DNA from: Azolla caroliniana
Lineage: Eukaryota; Plantae; Polypodiophyta
Assembly (NCBI GenBank): GCA_043228905.1
Contig: JBHGNT010000010.1
Span: 13,206,001-13,270,000 of the forward strand
Reading direction: 5' to 3'
DNA length: 64,000 bases
Positions 38,091 to 51,400 of the stretch are shown piece by piece. Made by a program: the position numbers and the translations under genes. The notes beneath the pieces were generated by a model. It searched no databases. It worked only from the letters and a program-made list of their open reading frames with translations, and was not told the origin of the DNA. Positions within the stretch are counted from its first letter, which is position 1; every line of letters begins with the position of its first letter.

Positions 38091-38455
38091 CGCACACTTT
38101 TTTTATAGATAAAGATCGAATGGTACAGATTGCAAACACGCCATTCGAAATATGTCCTTCACCGTCCGTGTCTGCGATTTCCTCATCAGGCCTAATTATT
38201 ATTTGGTAGCAAATAGAAACGTCGGCTACTCCATGTTATGTATGCATATGCATATGCATACATACATGTAACATACCTACCGTGTTCTTGCTCTCCTTGC
38301 CACTTGGTGATATTGTAAATAAAACTCAAGTAGCCAAAGGAAAGCTGATTAATTGATTTTAAGTGACAGACAGACAGACAGACACACAGAGGCATCGATG
38401 ATGATGATGACACAGAAAAGAAAAAAGGGCTCAAAGAAGGCCGGTCGGAATTGAG

Positions 38456-38495
38456 AGAAGAAGAAGAAGAAGAAGAAGAAGAAGAAGAAGAAGAA
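38456..38495 (+). repeat. (GAA)n microsatellite in the probable 5' UTR
   Basis: A run of about 13 GAA/AAG units followed by a short (GCA)n run, just upstream of the ATG at 38542. Confidence 0.9.
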
Positions 38496-38541
38496 AGCGG
38501 CAGCAGCAGCAGCAGGAGGAGGGGGGTCGGAGTTTGAGGGC

Positions 38542-39048
38542 ATGGCGGGGACAGAGCTTCCTTGTGACTCCGACGGGAAGTGTATGGTCTGCAATGTCAT
38601 CCCTTGTGACGATGCACAGATCGTCTTCTGCACCAGCTGCAGTAGCCCATGGCACATACCTTGTCTCCATCCATCTCTTCTTCTTCAATCCTCCTCCACT
38701 TCAGCTTCTTCATCCGTGGATTGGTTCTGCCCTGACTGCGATTCCTCTTCTTCTTCCTCTTCTTCTTCTTCGGTTCCTCGTCCTCTTCTTCCTTCTAATA
38801 CCACATCATGTTTCCATGGAAACCTTGAGGCTGATTTAGTCACCCGGATTCAGGCGGTTAGATCCGATCCTCATCTCTCAGAACTCGAGAAGGCAAGGAA
38901 ATGCCAAGACATCATGAGTAGGAATACTGACACGGACATGGAACGTGGCCACGAGATCCAAGCGAACAAGATGCATAAGATGCTCCGAATCTTCGATGAG
39001 AATATGAATTGCATCTTCTGTATGCAGCTCGCCGATCGGCCTGTTACG
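38542..39048 (+). CDS. ORTH2: ORTHRUS exon 1 (PHD finger, start of RING1)
   Basis: [31 protein letters not shown], ending [13 protein letters not shown] followed by GT at 39049. Confidence 0.92.
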
Positions 39049-39373
39049 GTTGGTATTTCCCTGTCAAGTTTTTTAATTAGAATACTTTTATCGACAAAAG
39101 AAATGAAAAAAATGCAAGAGAACGTCTGGCCTTCTTCTTTTTATATGTATACATGGAACAGAACAAAATTGATGAAATTTCCTTGATTCCTTCATCTGGG
39201 TAATAGTTGAGGATCGCTTCCGATCATGTTCTTTAATCTTTGCATTTGCATGTTAGTCAATCAGTTTTTGTTGTCAACTGTCATATATGTATAACTCCTT
39301 TGTGGAAATAGCATATATATATACTATTGCAAGTTGTGTAGTTGCAACCCATCAATTTTTACTCTCATTTCCA

Positions 39374-39417
<44 letters not shown>

Positions 39418-42400
39418 AGACTGCGTGAATTTCAACTATTGTTGAGCTGCATTGAAGTGATCATAATTTTGCACTTGAAATTTCATGTTGCCTCAACCAC
39501 TCCATGGCATGTGGATTCCCGTGTTCATTTATTTTCAAAATCAGTATTATGCCAAGAAACCCTAAAACATCACACTTGAAACATAGGGGGTTTTAACTAT
39601 ATTCATTCTGGAAACAAAGAGGATGTGGCAACTATATAGCCGATTTTGATTGGTTTTAAGAGCACTATATGAATCCATTTACTTATTCAGAGACAAGAGG
39701 AACATGCAAAATTTCTAGTAATTAATCCTAAAACTATAAATATGGTCTTGACAATAGGGAGGAATTAGTGCTTTACCTTCCTATTCCTATTAGAATGGCA
39801 CGGGTAGTATTTTGCTTAAAGAAGCCATCTTTATTCATTACAGACTCCTTGTGGGCACAACTTCTGCCTAAAGTGCTTTCAGCGCTGGGTCGCTCAGGGG
39901 AAGAAAGAATGTGGTAAATGCCGCACACCTATTCCTCCCAAAATGTCCAGTCAGCCTCGCATAAATTCAGCTCTTGTGGCAGCCATACGGATGGCAAAAG
40001 CCTCATCATTATCATCTACAAGTGCCCCCCCAAAACCATATTGCTATATTCAAAATCGAGACAGACCCGACAAGTGTTTTACTACTGAGAGGGCAAAGAA
40101 GCCGGGAAAGTCTAATGCAGCAAGTGGGAAGATCTTTGTGACTGTTCCTCCAGATCATTTTGGTCCAATTGCAGCTGAGAATGATCCTGTGAGAGGTCAG
40201 GGTGTTTTGGTCGGTGAAACGTGGGAGGATCGGATGGAATGTAGACAGTGGGGTGCTCATCTTCCACATGTGGCAGGGATTGCTGGGCAATCTGATTACG
40301 GGGCTCAATCTGTGGCACTTTCTGGTGGATACGAAGATGATGAAGATCATGGAGAATGGTTTCTTTATACTGGCAGGTAAGGGGTTTCATTAGCATATGT
40401 ATGTACTTTGTTTTGCCAATGGGACCTTTTAATGATTGAAGCTTTATTTTTTACATATGCTTTAAGCGGTGGAAGGGATTTGAGTGGCAATAAACGAACG
40501 AATGGCAAACAATCTTTTGACCAGAAGTTTGAGAAGAGCAACTTGTCGCTAAAACTTAGTTGCAAGAGGGGTTACCCAGTTCGAGTAGTTAGGTAACCAC
40601 TTACCAACCCCTCATTCTTAAGCAATAGTATGATATCTATGTATTGGATATGTTATCAATTTTTTTGATATAATACTCAAGTCTCATAGCTTTTTGCTTG
40701 ATTTTGTTCATGGTAATTTCATGGCTACTCAGTTATTCTTTCAGACGCCTTTTGCAACCTTGATATTTTCCCTTTTAACATTTCCAAAACTTGTTATGCT
40801 TTACATATAGTATGAAAGGGTCATAAATGATGTCAATACAGTTGAGGAACACTCAAGTATAGGCACTTTTGGTGCAATAGGTGAGCAATGGTAGAAAAGA
40901 TGGAGAGAACAACAATTGGAGGAGCTCACCTTTGAAGTGAGATCCAAAAGTTCTAAACCTATGTTTTATATGACCCATTTAGGGTTGGCCAAGTTCACAC
41001 TGAACTTGGCCCAAAAATAAAGAATACATGAAAAGTGACTTTTGGTCTTTATAATTAGGCCTATACACATGTACACACTATAATGGTAGGGTCTTTACCC
41101 CAACAACCTCCCATTTAAAGTCATAAATGACACCTTTAAGCTACCTAACTCCCAACATCTGTATACATATCTGATGTTGTGCTTTGGGTAAGCACTTGGT
41201 GAGTATATTTGCAGGGTTCTATGATGTGTGGACCTTTATCAATGTATTAAGGCCATCTCAAGCACTTCTCGAATGATGTCGCACATCAATGTGTTTTGCG
41301 CATGCATGAAACATAGCATTCTTTGCCAAGCAGATGGCACTCTAGCAATCACAACCAAGCATAGGTGGCTTTTAAGGCAAACCAAACTTACTGCAAAGAC
41401 TTGCTAACCATATCGCTTCCTTGGAAGCCTCAGTGGCTGAAATATATTCAGTTCCGGTAGTGGACAAAGCAACAACCATTTGCAGCTTATTGCACCATGA
41501 TACAACAACACCTGCTAGTGTGAATACATAGCCACTTGTGGACTTTTGTGTATCCACATCACCTACAATGTCAAGGTCGTAGAAACCCGCTAGCTCTAAT
41601 GGGTCTTTTCCATAATGGAGGCATTTATTTTTAGTCCCTTTTAAGTACCTCATAATGGACTTTACTGCATTCCAATGTGCATTGCCCGTATTAGCCATGA
41701 ATCGGCTTACAACTCCCATTGCATAGGCAATATCAGGTCTAGTTGCAACCATAGCATACATAAGTGAACCACAAGCTGAAGCATAGGGTACACTATTGCT
41801 TCTTGTGTCTTAGGACAATCTTCCTTAGAGATTTTATCATATGGCTGTAATGGCAATCCAAGAGGCTTTGCACCAGCCATACAAATCTGTCCAACACCTT
41901 TTCAATGTAATTTTCTTGAGATAAATACAATGTGTGCTCTGCTTCCTTTGTCTCCTAATTCTAACTCCAAATACATGTTCAGCTTCCCCAAAGGTCTTTC
42001 ATTGAAAATGCAGATTTCAACTGCTTTTTAAGGACATCAACAATGCTCCTTTTCTTGGCAGCAATGAGCATATCATCTACATATAGTACAAGAATGATTG
42101 GCTTGCCATTTTCATCTCTTTTAGCGTACAAACAGTGATCAGCATGGCTTCTTTTGTACCCATCTTTGAGCATAAAAGCATCAAACTTTTTGAACCATTG
42201 TCTAGAAGCTTGTTTCAGCCCATACAAACTTCTAGTGAGCTTACATACCAAATGTTCCTTTCCAGGAATAACAAAGCCCTCGGGCTGTTTCATGTAAAGT
42301 TCTTCATCAATGTCACCATGCAGAAAAGCTGTATGTACATCCATTTGGTCTAATTCCAAATCAAGTGCACCCACTATAACAAATAGCACTTGTGAAGTGG

Positions 42401-45400
42401 TCATTTTAACCACAGGAGAAAACACTTCCTGGAAATCTATGCCCTTAGTTTGAGCATATCCTTTTGCAACCAGCCTTGCTTTATACTTGGGTTTGTCATC
42501 AACAGTCTTGATTTTATATACTCATTTGTTAGGAATAGCTTTCCTTCCTTTAGGCAGTTCAACCAAGTCCCAAGTATTATTTGAATGCCAAGCCTTAATC
42601 TCTTCTTGCATAGCAAGCTCCCACTTATTGCTGTCCTCACATGCCTTTGCCTCTTTATATGTAAGAGGTTCTCCCTCATCAGTCAACATTATGTAGTGCA
42701 GCGAGGGTTCAAATCTAATCACATTTCTTCTACTGCGAGTAGAACGTCTCACCCAATGATCCACATTGTCAGGCAATGGGTCTTCATCAAGTGGTATGTC
42801 TAAATCATCATTATTAGGCTGCTGTCCATTATTTTTAGCACCATTATCAGCATTACTATTTGGCTGCATATTCCTACAAAGATCCTCATCTTGCTCTCCA
42901 ACATCTTCTGGCTCCAAAACCACTGAATCATCAATACTTTCAGCCCTTTGTGGTGCATCCTGAGGATTGGTTCTAACAGGTGGCTGGTCATGCTGAAATC
43001 TAACCCTTTTATGGTCATCTATTGAGGCACAATTGTTTTGAAGCAGCCTTGCCTCATTAAAAACAACATCCCGGCTACGTATAACCTTCTTGAATTGGGG
43101 TATCCAAATCCTATAACCCATTTCGCCTTCTTCACGATATCCCATGAAGAGGCCTTTAATGGACTTGGCATCAAGTTTGTTTCTCAGTTCAAGCCTTATA
43201 TGTACAAAAGCCTCGCAGCCAAAGACATGTAAATGATCATACGAAGCAGGCTTGTCAAGCCAAACCTCTTCAGGGATGTCACCTTTTGAAAACATGTGAG
43301 GGGATCTATTGCATTCACGTACTGTAATTTTGAGTGCCTCCCCAAAATCCATGAGGGAGATTAGCAGTGAACAACATGCATCTCACCCTCTCACAAGTGT
43401 CCTATTATATCGTTCAGCCACACCATTAGAAGAGGGGCTGTATGGAACAGTAAGCTCCCTCTTAATACCCAAAATTTCACAAAATTACTTGAATTCAGCA
43501 CTTTGTATACTCACCACCTTTGTCCGTACACAAAGATTTCAATTTTCTACTTGTTTGGGTGGTCATAAATGCTTGAAAACTATGAATTGACCGAGTTGCC
43601 AGAAGGTAAGAAGGCACTTCGGACCAAGTGGGTTTACAAATTGAAATCGGGAGAAGGCGGAAATCCAACTAGATTCAAGCCCGCATTGTGGTGAAGGGCT
43701 TCCAGCAGAAGAAGGGTGTGGATTTCAACGAAATATTTGCCCCAGTAGTGAAAATGACATCCATACGGACAATGCTGAGCATTGCCAGCCAACATGGACT
43801 TGGAAGTCAAACAACTGGATGTCAAAACAACTTTCCTGCATGGAGATCTACATGGAGCAACTTGAAGGATTTATAGAGATAGGTAAGGAAAACCTGGTAT
43901 TCTGGCTGAGGAAGGGCTTATATGGGTTGAAGCTGTTAGAAATATTGAGAATCGATTAGATAGGTATATAGAGTTACAATTACAGAGATGGATATATGAA
44001 AACGAAACTTCTATTACATATGAGAGTAGCTCACAATGGTAGTTTACCCATGTGCTCACACCTTAGAGCTTAGTAGAATATGGACCAGCTCACTACAAAA
44101 TTAGTGGGGACTGATGATCAATCCAGCCATTGTGTAAGAAAGTGGATTATATTCTATGTTTGGTCTGAGTATAACATTAAATGTGCAAGTCAGTTGATAG
44201 TAGTGGAGATATTCCTTTTCTGTCAACTGACTTGTCATTTAATATGACCCAATTCCCTAGATATAGGCTAGTGCTAGATAGTACTTATCTTGAAGTCAAT
44301 GGCACATGCTTCAAGACTAAGTACATCGTAACTTGCCCACAAAATATTCTAGTTGACTTGATTAGCCAATCCTATTACCTATTTCGCTCTTTCCTAAATA
44401 CATTGTGTCCTACACATCTACGGTTTCCTAGATTAACACCTTATCAACCCACATGGTCGAGTTGCACACTAGCCACTCCTCATTTGGGGTGCTATCACAA
44501 AATGTGCACTCTAAGAGCGCATATGGGGATAGATTTACAACTTCAGGCTGATCATTGATTATATCTAACACGCCCCTTTAATGATCAACCCATTGAGTTC
44601 ACTTGGTATTGGGCCAACTCCTAGTCGTCAAAGGTGGTGTTGTAGTTGTTCTGCTCCAAGCGCCTTTGTGAAGATATCTGCAGCATTTTCTGATGTCGGA
44701 CTATACTCAAGCTCCACAATCTCATCATTTATTAACTCCCGCACATAGTGATACTGAATCTCTATGTGTTTAGTACGTGCATGAAATACGGGGTTCTTGG
44801 CAATGGCCATGCAACTCTGATTGTCACACCTCAATACCGTTGCCATCCTTATTGGAACCGCTGTTGGAGGGTGGCAACTCCAGCCCTGCACTCTCTTTCA
44901 TCTTTATTATCTTTGTACTATATTCTCTCCCTTCCCAGATTCTTTCCTCTCTAGAATTTGCAACTCCTTTAATGCCTTCTCTCTCTAGAATTTGTAATGC
45001 TTTAAATGCCTTTTTTTTTCTCTTCTACTTCTTCCAAGATATTCCCTTTTATTCCTAGTTTTTTGTACCTGTTTGGTAGTACAAGAGCCACTTTACTACC
45101 AAACAACCATTTCACCCACTTTCCCCAATTTTGTATAAATAGGCTATACCAGCCTCTTTTGTAAAGACTTTTTTACTTTGGTTGCTACTTAAAAACAAGC
45201 TCTATTATTTGGTTGTGTCTCTACTCTTTGCAACCATTTTTCTACTGTTGTTTAACAGCCTTCTCACAACTTGACTGTGTCTATTTTGTTCTAACTCTTC
45301 CGCTGCTGCTATTAACAGCTTTTCTCACATGGTATCAGAGCAGTGAGGTCTCCATACCCTCAGCCTGATTTTTTTTTTGCCAAAGAGCACACAAACCTAT

Positions 45401-48400
45401 CTTCTTTTATCCCTCCCTCCCAACCCTATAGAGGAGGTTCTCTTAGCAGCCACCCTCCCAACCTCTAGAGGAGGTTCTTCTATTTTCTTTTCCCCTCATT
45501 TGAGCCTCACCTAGCATCTAGGGAGAAGTAGAATGACCCTGAGCATCTACTTACAACTGCAAATTGTCCAGTTGTAGCTCAAGAGGAGGATATCCATGGC
45601 CTCACATACCACCATTGTTTCATCAACCATTCCCCAACTCCCCAAAGAGTCCATCTTGGATGGGAACAATTACTTGGATTGGGAGCTGCAAATAAAGACC
45701 TTGCTACAATACCATCGTTTATGGAATGTAGTCAATGGTATTGACAAGAAACCACCAGCAACTTCATCCTCTTCAACCAAATCAGTTGCTGGTTCATCTA
45801 ACACTGAGACTGAAGCTTGGCTAGATAAGGATTCTCGTGCACATGCTTTCCTCGTGTTTAATATTAAACCGAGCATCGCTCGTCAATTTCAGGATACAGA
45901 TGAAGAGACAACCAATGAACTATGGACATCCATCAAAAAGAGGTACCATCGAGCTAATCATGCTCAAATGATAGCTATTGAGAACCAACTAGCTAATCTC
46001 AAGATTCATGACACTCCCAACATCATGGATCAAATAACGCAATTTGTTACTCTCCAAAAGGAACTAGTTTCTTTGGGAAGCAAGTCAACTGAAGTTGAGT
46101 TTGTGCATCGTCTGATGATAAAGTTGCCTGAGTCATTCTCAGCATTTTGTGACACAATTTCTCTTCTTCCCAACACACATGATATGAATACATTTCTTGG
46201 TATGCTACAAGATAGGGCAACAAGGAAGAAAAGTGCTCAAACTTCCAATGAGACGCTTCTACATGCGACAAGTAAAGGCAAGTGGAAGCAAAATGGTAAC
46301 TCCTACAACAAACCCAATCCAAGACCACCAAACAACCCAGCTTACAAGGAGCTCGCTTGTCATTATTGTGGCTACAAAGGTCACATTCGGCCAGATTGTC
46401 GGAAAAAGAAAAGGGACAATGCTAAGAACTCTTCTTCTACCAAAAATCAACCTACACCGAAATCCAACTCGGCCCACTCAGCCAAAGAAACAGTTTTCCT
46501 TGGCATTGAGGAACATACTTCACATTTGGCTGGACCAACTACTTCAACCATCGATGAGTGGTTAGTAGATAGTGATGCCACTTCGCACATGACCTATGAC
46601 AAATCCATTTTGCATGATGTGAAGCCTAGCTCTTCCCAAATCTCTATAGGAGATGCCTCAAGCATTGAGGCTTCATGTGTGGGTAATGTGTTTCTTGACA
46701 ATTCTTCAAGTGAAGAACCTGTTGTTCTTCAAGATGTGCTACATGTGCCTCGCATCTCTACCAACCTACTTCGGTTTACAAAATCACCAAGCAAGGTTAT
46801 GGAGTCTACTTTGATAGCTCAATTTGGAAGTGATTGACACCAACAGCCTACAAATTGTAGCTAGTGGCACACAAGAAGGGGGTTTATATCGCCTAAAAAG
46901 CTCCCATAGCCCCTTGGAAAACTCCAAATCTCATCTTCTTCATCTTCTTCAAGGCTCTCATGCCTTGGTGGCACAAGAAGATCCCACGTTGTGGCATGCT
47001 AGGTTTGGACATCTCAACTATGATTCTCTTCAAAAGTTCTCCTCTTCCCAACTAGTTGAGGGTCTTCATATTTTCAAATCTCCCAATACCCCATGTGTTG
47101 CTTGTCTTCATGGCAAGCAACATCGAGAGCCTTTCCCTCATGAAGCCACTCACCGGGCAACATCTATCTTGGAGTTAGTGCACATGGATCTTTGTGGTCC
47201 CATGAAAACCACTACTCTTGGTGGTGCACGCTACTTCATGCTTCTAATTGATGACTTCTCCCGCAAGGTTTGGGTTTATTTTCTTGTAGAAAAATCCCAA
47301 GCCTTCGCAAAATTTCAAGAATGGGTAGCTCTCGTGGAGAACGAGACATCGAAGAAAGTTCGAAAGATCAGGTCGGACAATGGTGGAGAGTTTATCTCCC
47401 AAGCTGTCCACCATTTCTGCTCTCAACGAGGCATTGCTCGCCAATTTTCTACACCCAATACTCCTCAACAAAATGGAGTCGTGGAAAGGAAGAACCGGAC
47501 AGTCCAAGAGATGGCTCGTACGATGCTATCTCAATCTGATCTTCCTCTCTCGTTTTGGGGTGAAGCTATCAACACAGTAGTCTACATCATCAACTGCTGC
47601 CCAACAAAAGCAGTTGCTAGAATGATGCCTGAAGAAGCATTTACAGGTGTAAAGCCCTCAGTATCTCATTTTAAAGTCTTTGCTTGTGATGCTTATGTTC
47701 ACATTTCAGATCATAAAAGGACGAAATTTGAGTCCAAAACCAAGAAATGCAAATTTCTTGGTTACAACACACTATCTAAAGCGTACAGGTGATGGGATTT
47801 AGAGTCAAAGTCCCTAGTCATCTCTAGGGATGTTCATTTTGTGGAGTCTCAGTTGGATGATTCTAGGATTTCACCTGAGTTCATGGTTGAAATCCCATCT
47901 CCTCCGGAATCTCCTATTTTAGACGAAGATGTCTCATCTTCAAGCCCCCTATCTCCTCCTACTCAATCTCTAACTTCGCCAACAATTCAATCCTCTCCCT
48001 CAACTCCACTTGTTTCCCCTCCCTCTACAAACCAACTCCCACCACTTCCCAAGTGGCTTCAAACCACCATTCGTGATTCTCATTTCTCCGATGCTGAACT
48101 TCATGAGTATACATCTGGTTCTCGAACACGTAAGTCACAACGGCCTCTTCACTCATGCAACTTTGCCTTATTGTGCACTGTTGTGCAATCAAAAGAACCC
48201 ACAACAGCAAAAGAGGCCCTTGTTTTTCCAAAGTGGAAAGCAGCAATGGAAGTTGAACTTGATTCCATTGAGTGGAATCATACATGGGAGCTGGTCCCAC
48301 GGTCTCCACATCGACAAGTCATTGGACTGAAATAGATTTTCAAGACCAAATACCATGTTGATGGTACTTTGGATAAGCACAAGGCACATTTAGTGGCAAA

Positions 48401-51400
48401 AGGCTATTCACAAGTCGAAGGAGTGGATTACGAGGAAACTTTTGCTCCAACAGCAAGGTACACCTCTATCTGATGTGCGCTTGTACTTGTTGCTCACAAC
48501 AAATGGGCCATTTTTCAAATGGATGTCAAGTCAGCCTTCCTTAATGGTGACTTGAAAGAGGAGGTTTATGTTGAACAGCCTCTAGGTTTCGAGATTTTAG
48601 AGCAGAAAAACATGGTCTACAGGTTACACAAAGCCTTGTATGGCTTAAAGCAAGCTCCCAAAGCTTGGCATGACAAAATTGATAGCTTCTTTCTCTCTTG
48701 GGTTTCAAAACTGTAATGTTGACAGCAATCTCTATGTTTTTTCCCAAGATAATTTGCTTTGCTTGATCATATTATATGTTGACGACCTTCTAATTACAGG
48801 GTCCCTTGCATCTAAAATCGAGGAGGTCCGCACTGACCTCAAAACAACCTTTGAAATGACTGATCTAGGACTTCTCCATTATTTCATAGGTATGGAGGTC
48901 TATCAATCACATGGTGGTATCTTTCTCAGCTAACATAGGTATCTCAGGGAGCTCCTTGAGACCTATAGCATGACAAATTGCATGCCACTCTCCTGTCCAA
49001 TGTATCCAAACTCAAAGCTATCTCGTAAAGATGATTCTCCCATATTTGAGGATATCAAGAAATATAGGAGGTTAATTGGGTCCCTTCTTCACTTAACTTA
49101 TACCAGTCCTGATTTGTCCTATAGCTTGAGTATTCTCAGCCAATTCTCAACTGCTCCAAGACAAAGTCATTGGCAAGCACTATTCGAGTTCTTCGGTATT
49201 TGGCCAACACACTTGACTATGGTCTGTCTTTTAGAGGCGGCATTGAGCTTGTTGGCTACTCAGATGTTGATTGGGCAGGTGATATTGATTCTAGAAGGTC
49301 CACATCTGGCTATTGTTTTATGTTAGGTTCATGCTTGATTTCTTGGAAATCGAAGAAGCAAAACTCAGTTTCTACTTCATCGACGGAAGCTGAATATCGC
49401 GCCTACTTGGATACTTGCTGTGAGTTGCTATGGTTGATGCAATTGTTTTCTCACATTGGTGTTTTGCAAGCCTCTCCTATTGCAGTTTTCACCGACAGCC
49501 AAAGTGCACGTGCCTTGGCACATAGCTCAACATTTCATGGTAGAACAAAACACATCGAAGTGCACTACCATTTTGTTCGTGACTTAGTGAAATCACAAGT
49601 CATCAACTTGGCATATTGCCCTACTCAAGAAAATGTGGCTGATTTATTTACTAAGCCACTTCCAAGGCAAGCCATTGATCAACTCCTTGATTGACTCAAT
49701 GTTGGATTGCCGTTCTGGAGCTGAGAGGAGGTGTTGGAGGGTGGCAGCTCCAACCATGCACTCTCTTTCATCTTTATTATCTTTGTACTATATTCTCTCC
49801 CTTCCCAGGTTCTTTCCTCTCTAGAATTTGCAACTCCTTTAATGCCTTCTCTCTCTAGAATTTGTAATGCTTTAAATGCCTTTTTTTCCTTCTACTTCTT
49901 CCAAGATATTCCCTTTTATTCCTAGTTTTTTGTACCTGTTTGGTAGTACAAGAGCCACTTTACTACTAAACAACCATTTCACCCACTTTCCCCAATTTTG
50001 TATAAATAGGCTATACCAGCCTCTTTTGTAAAGACTTTTTTACTTTGGTTGCTACTTAAAAACAAGCTCTATTATTTGGCTGTGTCTCTACTCTTTGCAA
50101 CCATTTTTCTATTGCTGTTTAACAGCCTTCTCACAGCTTGGCTGTGTCTATTTTGTTCTAACTCTTCCACTACTGCTATTAACAACTTTTCTCACAGCCA
50201 GCCTGTCTGGATCAAGTTCTGGATACATGCAACCTGAGCCGGCTAGGAGTTGGCTATCCGGCTAGGAGCTAGATAGGAAGTCCGAATCAGAATGGTAGCC
50301 GATCGATTGACCGAGGGCCAATTTGATGAGAGTCGGCCATTAGTCGAAGCGGATGGAAGTTATTGACATATTTCAGTAGTGCTGTGTGTGAACACACTTA
50401 GGACAATGCTGTGTGAACACACTTAGGATAGTGTTTGTGTGAAAACACTTAGGATAGTGATGTGTGAACACACTTAGGACAGTGATGTGTGTGAACATAC
50501 TTAAGACAATAGGGGCATTTTTTCCCTCTTTAGGAGGTTTTTTCCTCCTGTCTATAAATACTCTCATAACCCTAAAGTGGGTATGTTTTTGTGATTCAAA
50601 AGAAGAACCCAAAAGTGGTATCAGAGGTACTAAATGACGTTTGAGCAGCAACACAACGCGCGAACAACAAGGCAACGGCTCTTATACACAGTCCGTCTGC
50701 GCCATCTGTGGTGGATTTTTTCTGCTGTTGAAAAACAAATTTCTGTGTGTTTTCTTCTTGCGCGCAGTTTCAGTTGTTTTTTTTTCTGCTTCCAAGTCGA
50801 TTCAATCCTATTAAAAGCCTCCTTGTGTCTTCCAAGACATTCCTACAACCCTCTTTTGTGCGGTTGTTGCGCAAAAATCAGATTTGCTTCCCTTTTCTCT
50901 TCGCTGGTTCATTTTCCAAGTGAAAGAGGTACTTTATTCCCTTTTATTCATTCAATAGTCCATTTTTTGCATCAAAACGTGTTTAGTCAACGACCATGGC
51001 TGAGAGCAATGATATATTTCGGATGCTTGCTGTTGAGAATAAACTGGATGGAACAAATTACCATCTCTGGGCTTATATGCTGTGCCATGTATTAGTAGCA
51101 AAGGGGTTGTGGAATGTGGTTCAAGGGGCTGAAAAACGTCTTGTTGTTGAGAACACAAACGCTGATGGTATTGATTCTGTTGAGGATGTTGATCATCTTG
51201 CTCATGCCCATGCTGCAATTTCTATTGTACCAAATGCAGAGCAACTTCGTTGGGATGGCAGAGATGCTCTGGCACATGCTTTGATAGTGTTGTTTGTGAA
51301 ACGTGCCGTTATTCCCCATATTCGCTCTTGCAAGACAGCAAAGGATGTTTGGGATACTCTTACAACTTTGTACCAAACAAGAAATGAGGCTCGTGTTGCG

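Noticed and set aside
38090-38116. Minus-strand A|TCTTTATCTATAAAA resembling a Helitron 5' end
   Set aside because: I could not identify a matching 3' hairpin plus CTRR end or any Rep/helicase remnant, so the evidence is too weak.
38349-38839. Overlapping ORFs with poly-F, poly-L and poly-A runs
   Set aside because: They are antisense or alternative frames of the (GAA)n UTR repeat and ORTHRUS exon 1.
39049-39186. C-terminal part of ORF 38542..39186
   Set aside because: This is read-through into intron 1; the RING motif continues properly only by splicing to 39844.
50377-50506. Regular 25-27-bp partly palindromic repeats resembling a CRISPR array
   Set aside because: The repeats are head-to-tail without unique spacers, lie inside a eukaryotic LTR, and no cas genes are present.
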